This document shows positions 22,201 through 28,364 of a stretch of 28,364 bases of DNA, in pieces. A model generated the notes under the pieces. That model was not told the origin of the DNA. It searched no databases and worked only from the letters and a program-made list of their open reading frames with translations. The position numbers and the translations under genes were made by a program. Each line of letters opens with the position of its first letter. The first letter of the stretch is position 1. Source of the stretch: Psammoneis japonica (taxonomy: Eukaryota); contig QPGO01000315.1 in the NCBI GenBank assembly GCA_008632985.1, positions 62,001 to 90,364 on the forward strand, given 5' to 3'.

Positions 22201-24832
22201 GTTGGGCGCTGGTGCAACCAGAGTCGACGGCTGGGGTGTCGGCACAAACGGTGTCAGTGGCGACAGGCTCGTTGCGGCGGTGCACATCAAGGGCGGGGTT
22301 GGGTGATTTGCAGGCCTTCCTAAGGTGTGTACCGGCGGGCATGCGGACGTGCTGCGTGGTGCAGTCAAAAGTACGACGAACCGCATCGGTGGGTGGGAAG
22401 CCAAAGTGAGGCCGAAGAGACTCGAAGGGGGGGTCCTTGGGCTGCACAGTGCGCTCCGGGGGCGGAACGTCGTTGTCCTTGGGGTCAATCGCGTGTAGAT
22501 GACACTCGTAGAACACGTCGTCGTTCGGAATGAGGTGATCATCGAGGGCGGACGCGTGATCGGCAGACAAGGAAGCGGACATGATGGTCTCATTGACAAC
22601 GACACGATGACGGTAGTTGCCGCATTCGTCAAATGGGTTGGCAGTGGGATCGTCCTGCAGGTCAGAGATCGCGTCGCACCACTGGTTGTCGTCAGTGACA
22701 GAGTGATCGAGGACGGAAGGATCCCATGTGTCATCACCGGTGAGGATGACATGGGGCAGGGTGTCCCATTCGGCATCAGTGCAAGGTCGCATGGCAACAC
22801 AAGGCAGGCCGCCCTTGATGTCAATGGGGATGACACAGCCATCAGGAGTGGCAATGCGTTGCAAGCCGTCAAGCACCTTGACAGAGTGATCGTTGACATC
22901 CTGTTTGCACCACTCGAGCTGGCCGCAGGAATGGATGGTCTTGCCCTTGCCCGTGCATGCGCACTGATGGAGGATGGCGATGACGGGACCACGCTGGGTC
23001 TCAATGACGGCACCCGCAGTGACAATGGGGATGTCCACCAATTGATGGTCGTCAATGCCCTGAACGTCGACTTGGCAAGAGGTGCGTGCAATGACGCGAA
23101 CGTCGTCGCCAGCAATGCCGCCGTTGGCCCCACGATCGACTGGAGCACCAGTGCGTGTGGAGCGATGAGCAGAGGCAGAGCAAATGACATTGTGGTCAAC
23201 AACGCGACGGTGAGTGCGGCCGTTGAGTTCCATGTCATCGGCAGAAGCTGGCGGGGTAGAGGGAGCGGCAGATGGCCCTGGTCGACTAGCATTGGGGGCT
23301 TGGTTAGGAGACAACAGACGTTGCAGATCACCGGGTGGCAGTGGCTTGCGCTTGGTGAGGTGCACCAGGATGGGATTGTCCGAAGTGGCATCCACACTTG
23401 GAGCGGAGTCACCAGAGTCAGCAGGAGTCGTGTTGGACAAGTTGACATCACCGTCACTGCCAAGGCGTTGGTCGTGAAGGTTGGCCGCAACGGACTCATG
23501 GAAGTTGCTGGCTCGCGGGTTGCGGGGAGGTGGACGAGAATGCTCAAGGATGATCGCCTTGGAGGAATGGGGCAACGAATCCCAAATCCGTTGGTGGTCG
23601 GGAGGGAGACGTTTCCATTGGTCACCGGCGAGGCTGGGACCACGGGTGCAGGCAGCATTGGCCTGAAGGACGTCAATGTCGCTGTCAATGTCGCAGAACA
23701 CATCGTCGGACGGTTCCTCGGAGCAGACGTCGTGTGCGTGTGTGGCGAGTTGGGGAGCTCGAGGTGTTGTCTTGGGTTGAAACGCACTGTCGCATTGAGC
23801 CGCCACGGAGAGGAGCAAGCCACAGTGTTGATCGTGTGTGAGGCTCTTGCCACTCTGCGTACGATGCTGATCAGCTTGGTTCTTGACAGCACGGAGTTCC
23901 TCGACAGGATGCACGGCATTCTCGAGCATGACACGCTTCTGTCCTTCAGAGAAGTGGTCACTGGCCGGGATGAGTGCCTCGCACTTGCGCAACTGATCTT
24001 GCCAATGAAGGATGAACCCGTGGGTTGGACCTTTCCAAGTGCCATCACCAAGACGTGCGGTGGTGAGGTGCGTGAGCAAAGTGGAGGACTCGACAGATGC
24101 GCGGGTGGAGGCGAGCGCATGCTCAGACAAGGCGCGGTGGATGGTCTGGGCATCAGAAGACCCCACATTTTCGCGAATGAGAGCCTTGCCCTTGTCAGTG
24201 AGAAGGATGCATTCGAAGACGGCGAACATGTGCTTTTGCTGTTCAGCAAAGAGCAGTTTGTCTTCGGGGCTGGTCGGTTTGTACAACGAGTCTAGAACGC
24301 ACTTGACGTCTTGGGCACGGGCTTGTGCCACAAGTGAGGTGTGCCAAGTGTGCCACTGCTTGTCGGATTTGAGAGCCGTGAAAGCGGTGGGGTCACGCTT
24401 GATGCCTCACTTGAAGTCTCACACCGGGTTGCGTGCCTTGGTCGGGTTGGTGACATGCGGAGGTGCGAGGGGTGAGCTGCTGACGGACACAGAAGACATG
24501 TGGTCGGGGCTGAGGCGGCAGGCAAGGAACTCGTCATGCGTGAACAACGAGGAGTCATTGGCAACGTCAAGACCTTCATGTGCTTTGACAATGTGCAGAC
24601 CAATTAGAGCTGCTAACATGTTCTTATAACCGCGGGGCAAAGGGATCACATTGGTGCCGTTGTCGTGCTCAAGCGAGTCGATTTGGGATGGCATGAACGT
24701 GAACAGTTCTTGATGCGAGTCCGTGCCGTCTTGGGTCAAAGCCAAATGAAGAGGGCTCCCAGCACCTTGGGCAAGCACGGCTCCAACAACATGCTCGAAG
24801 CCATCGGTTTGTTGCTGACGAGTGAGAACCAT
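19163..24832 (-). pseudogene. gag-pol polyprotein in a single reading frame, broken by four in-frame TGA codons
   Basis: gag DFK*GIKRDP...AQARAQDV; protease VDRGANGGIAG; integrase ATDTV...GDRAQVE...SEPHQQHQNFAERR; RT KHDGRHKARL, KALHGLRSSG, YVDD; RNase H VDANL...TGRSV, GSEF, FGDNKSVV, NPADILSKHW. The ORFs 24419-24862, 21611-24331, 19985-21475 and 19163-19963 are all in one frame. Stops at 24421-24419, 24409-24407, 21613-21611 and 19987-19985. Confidence 0.95.
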
Positions 24833-24881
24833 GGCAGACAAAAGTGGTGTCAGGACAAGCAATTCTTGTTGGGAAGCGAAG

Positions 24882-24944
24882 GCAGACTTGAAACTTGGGT
24901 GAGAACAGACTTGACTTGAAACAGACTTGACTTGAAATCTTGAA
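24882..24944. repeat. Short ACTTGA/AACAGACTTGACTTGA repeats in the retrotransposon 5' leader
   Basis: GCAGACTTGAAACTTG...AACAGACTTGACTTGAAACAGACTTGACTTGAAATCTTGAA, about 50-110 nt upstream of the gag ATG. Confidence 0.75.
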
Positions 24945-25750
24945 CTACCTTAAAATCAGAAGTCGCTGGGCTGTGCCATCCCGTTCATTGTTGAGTGCTA
25001 AACTTCCCATCCGGTCCGTAGAGTTGTGCCGGCACGTCCGAACCCGCAGCCAGCGGCGCTTTGGGTTGCTTGCGAGCGGAGCAGCGGGTTGTAAACCCCT
25101 GCAGGCAAGCTGACCAGAGGTGGACAAGACCCCCGAACCATTCTCATTTTATGTCGGTTGGATTTCCCGATCAGGCTGGCCAGTTGATGTGGGCGTCAGG
25201 CGCTGTGGACGAACGAACAAACGCGGGAAAACACCCTCGCCCCAACGCAGGCTGCAATCACGGCTGCTTGCTCTCACAGTCGTCCTCGTGGACCTGGCAG
25301 AACTGCAGAGCACCAGCAGTCTGGGGTAGATCAGGTGCAATGGACTCGGTGTGCTTGTAGAGTGGTGGCAAAACCGCAGTCCGAAGAGTGGGTGCAAGTT
25401 CTTGGCCGTGAAGATGTGTGCATGTGTGTGTCTTCAGCGACGAAGATCCTTGAATGTGTGGGGTTCTTGACCATCAACCGATGAATGGGCACATCAAGGG
25501 ATGAGGATCAAGGATGGACTTGGACATGACCGTTGAATGCATGTCTTCAGCGATCAAAGGTGGCACAATCAATCCAGATGTCCAGCGGCAAGGGGACTTG
25601 ACGGTGACGTTAAATTCCTGCCGATGCCTGGCATTGAACGCGCGTAGACTTGCCGATGTACGTAGAACATGTGTGGAGGTCCACGCAGAATTGAAAAGCG
25701 TCGTCGGTAAATCAACGACGACGATGGCGGTTGCTCAATGGGTTGACAAT

Positions 25751-25767
25751 GAGCAAGACTGTTGATC
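25751..25767 (-). promoter_or_regulatory. Putative primer-binding site complementary to a tRNA anticodon arm
   Basis: Directly abuts the 5' LTR. Minus strand reads GATCAACAGTCTTGCTC with no TGG; its complement reads CAAGA-CT-GTT-GA-TC, which resembles a tRNA anticodon stem-loop. Confidence 0.5.
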
Positions 25768-26022
25768 TGACAGAAATTGAAGGCAAACGGCAAGAATTCA
25801 AACAATGACTCCTCACTGCTGTCTAAATGGCAGATGAGTCTCTGCTCAGAGACCGTTGCAGGAGCCGAAAGACGTGCAAGTCGGCACAATCAGGCTGCTG
25901 TTGTTATTCTTGTGAGCCTTGTGGCCGCGAACGCGCGGAACTAAAGCACACAAAACTGTGTGCGGTAAACTAAACAGCGCGCGACATTTCGCACGCACCC
26001 AAATCCTGTTCAAATCCTGTCA
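25768..26022 (-). repeat. 5' LTR (255 bp; about 21 bp shorter than the 3' LTR)
   Basis: Direct repeat of 18940-19215 with TG...CA ends, followed by the TSD AGGTG. Confidence 0.95.
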
Positions 26023-27439
26023 AGGTGCCCCCAAAGCCACCCAACAAAACTGAGACACCAAAACTGCTGCATGCTCCAAGGCTGCATTGAAACAATTGAG
26101 AGTGCTGCATCCAGACCTCCTCTTGCAAAAGTCCGTGCCATTCCAAAAAGCTCCAACAGCAAGAGAGTGCAGTCTCCCACTTTTAAGAGCAAAACAAAAT
26201 GTGCCAAGCCAATCAAGAATGTCGCTGCCAAGCTGTGTGCACATGTCCCCTTGTGAGAGTTGTGCTCATGCTGGCACCACAAAAAAACAATTGTGCCAGT
26301 GCCAGTTGACAACATGGATTCCCCTCACAAAACTGTCCCTGTCATTTTGCCTGTCCAAGTCTTGGTTGGTGCGCGTCCATTTTGGGCAACTTGACTGTGA
26401 TGGTGGAAAAACCCATGGCCAGAAATAGAAAAAAAAGAAGATGTCCCTTGATCTGCCCCAACTGCCAACACATTTCCACTTGGAGATGAGGGTGCAGAGC
26501 TGCCAAACCGCAGCTGTCAGCAGCTTTGCCATGCAAGAGACTTCTCCAGGGGAGCAAAGCCTTGCTTGCCATTTTGGCTGGGCAGATGCTCCAACTGAAA
26601 TTGCCACAACAATCAAAAGTGCTGCATCTTCTAAAACAGTGAAATGTCTCAACAAGAGGGCCTGTGTTGCTCCAAAGAAAAGAGCATTTTTTCTTGTTCG
26701 AGAGCCAGCGATTCACTCTTGTGCGTCATTTGCAGTGTGCCATCATCCTGAGCGGAGGCTGTGGCATGAAATCTGAGTGTGTCATCTACAAGTTGGGCAC
26801 AGCAGCAAGCCAGTGTTTTGTGTGACTGCCCCATCTCAATGGTTGATGCGGTCGACGATCCCTGCTGTTGGTGTGAGCCATGAAGGACGAGCCCCTCCCC
26901 AATCATGGTGGAAGGCACGGCTTTTTTCAGGCCACTCTGCCTTGGACCTTTTCTCTTTCTTGTCTCAATGAGAAGCATTGTTGGCAGCAAAAGCACAAAC
27001 AATCTTCAAGCGCAAGCAACGTTTGGTTGCAGTCATTCTCGTTCTTTTTTTGTTGTTGGCTCTTGCTGAGCTCGCTCTCTTCTCCCGCCCCAAGTCTTTT
27101 TTGCTGGTGTTTTTCCACTTGCTTTTCAGGACTTCTCCTGTCACCACAATTGAGCCGCTTCTCTGGTGCTTTTAACGCCCAGTTACAATGATCCATCATG
27201 GTGGCTTGCTTCAAAATGTCATTTGGTTAATGAGGCATGAGGTTTGATGACGCTCGCTCCATCATGCGTCAAGCCATCCACGCGCGCGCCGCGCGGCGCC
27301 ATCGTCGGTCAGTCGTACGCGCACGACACACAATACATCATCAATCCTTTTTTTTTGGCGATCGCAACGACATCAACACGAGCCAACACACAAAACCGAA
27401 CAACAACGCGGTCGACAACAAATCTTGCTCTCAACGAAG

Positions 27440-28364
27440 ATGCCAGAGCCTGTTAGTTATGCCGTAGGTGTCAATGCGGGACTTTCTGCGATGAAAATAA
27501 TAGCGGAGTCCACAGGAGCATGGGGGGGATGGATACCGAGATCTGTGCAGGTTGCTAATTTCAGGCGCCTCGTTGACAACAATACGGTGTTGGGCTTCAG
27601 TCCGAACCTCGACCGCAAGAAATACGCGGTTACACCAGTCATACAAGCAATGTATCGATGTAAAGGTGAGGGTGCTGTTTCTGTCGCAATGGTGCCGCCG
27701 GCGCTAGGCAAAACAACTGCAGCCATGTTCTTTTTACGTCACAACAAATCCTCCGTTCGGGGAATCGCCATTTGCCGCTCGCACAAGGGAAGTCCGTATG
27801 TTATGGAAATGTTGGAACTCCTGGGTTTGAATGCTTTAAAGCCACCCCATGGCTGGCTATCATGCCTTATTGATGCTCTGCGGTTTCCTGATCCAGGTGA
27901 CACTAGGAGCAGCTATATTATCCTTGACGAATTTGTGAACGAGACAGGTGATCTGGTTGACTCAAGCCTCGTGGAAACGCTAAAGACTTATTTGCGCAAC
28001 ACTGGTATACGCCTGATTTTGTTGACACCATCTGAAGACTATGCAAACTACTTGTTGACTCTCAATGATTTACAGGGGATACTTCCATTAAATGGAACTT
28101 ATCCAATTGAAAAGTATCCTAACGGGCAGTGGCAGAGCATGCGTTGGTCAGCTAACACGCTGAAAATCGCGGCCAGGCAATGGCATGACTTTTCTGAGTT
28201 CACGGCTGATCAAATAGATAAGGAAGTTGACGAATACCTTGCGTCACTATCAGATGATGACGAAACGCGTTTCCTCAAAGTTGTCGAAGCGATCAAGGAT
28301 AAGCTTGTTCAGGGACACGAGTTACAGCAATTGGATGTCACCGTCTCAGTTTCTGTCGGCGCCG
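27440..28364 (+). CDS. P-loop NTPase (AAA/STAND-like), 3' end off the window; absent from the ORF track
   Basis: Manually translated open frame from ATG 27440 (MPEPVSYAVG...) to the window end. Walker A-like VPPALGKTT, Walker B YIILDE, then RLILLTP. Confidence 0.75.
   Translation, partial: MPEPVSYAVGVNAGLSAMKIIAESTGAWGGWIPRSVQVANFRRLVDNNTVLGFSPNLDRKKYAVTPVIQAMYRCKGEGAVSVAMVPPALGKTTAAMFFLRHNKSSVRGIAICRSHKGSPYVMEMLELLGLNALKPPHGWLSCLIDALRFPDPGDTRSSYIILDEFVNETGDLVDSSLVETLKTYLRNTGIRLILLTPSEDYANYLLTLNDLQGILPLNGTYPIEKYPNGQWQSMRWSANTLKIAARQWHDFSEFTADQIDKEVDEYLASLSDDDETRFLKVVEAIKDKLVQGHELQQLDVTVSVSVGA

Larger units (their letters stand above)
18940..26022 (-). mobile_element. Full-length Ty1/copia LTR retrotransposon (CoDi-like), inactivated
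   Basis: Two LTRs with TGACAG...CTGTCA termini and a perfect 5-bp TSD AGGTG (18935-18939 and 26023-26027). Domain order on the minus strand is gag-PR-IN-RT-RH. Confidence 0.97.

Noticed and set aside
21955..24295. 764-aa and 598-aa overlapping ORFs as real genes
   Set aside because: They are shadow frames of gag-pol, kept open by the loss of TAA/TAG, and show no recognisable motifs.
19163..24832. Alternative genetic code, programmed TGA read-through, or ADAR editing of the element RNA
   Set aside because: Host genes use Tyr normally. The TGA codons sit at expected Arg positions and a catalytic Asp is also lost. Both Y->C and Y->H occur and the LTRs differ from each other, which does not fit single-strand RNA editing.
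18940..26022. Classical RIP or plain CpG deamination as the only explanation for the decay
   Set aside because: RIP creates TpA and stop codons, whereas TpA is lost here. CpG deamination cannot turn Tyr codons into Cys or His codons.

Overview
Eukaryotic DNA, most likely from a pennate diatom (inferred from short GT-AG introns, a CoDi-type Ty1/copia element and a possible bipartite plastid-targeting leader). The left 13 kb holds ordinary host genes: TYW1, a PDZ-like protein, an LAT/PUT-type APC permease, an ARF-like/YqcI-YcgG fusion, an EF-hand/tRNase Z fusion and a secreted LamG protein. Several of these carry single-base frameshifts that are probably assembly errors. The right half holds two sharply bounded repeat domains (about 13.5-17.2 kb and 18.3-27.2 kb). 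The second contains a full-length copia retrotransposon (18940-26022) with TG..CA LTRs and a perfect AGGTG target-site duplication. The main observation is that TpA dinucleotides are almost erased in these domains (about 5/kb by hand count versus about 46/kb in a neighbouring gene), converted to TpG or CpA. Conserved Tyr residues of gag-pol have become Cys or His, and the two LTRs differ only by transitions at TA/CG/TG/CA dinucleotides plus one indel. This points to a post-insertion, both-strand, repeat-targeted A:T->G:C mutator, the mirror image of fungal RIP, acting alongside ordinary CpG decay. I know of no described mechanism for it but cannot check the literature.
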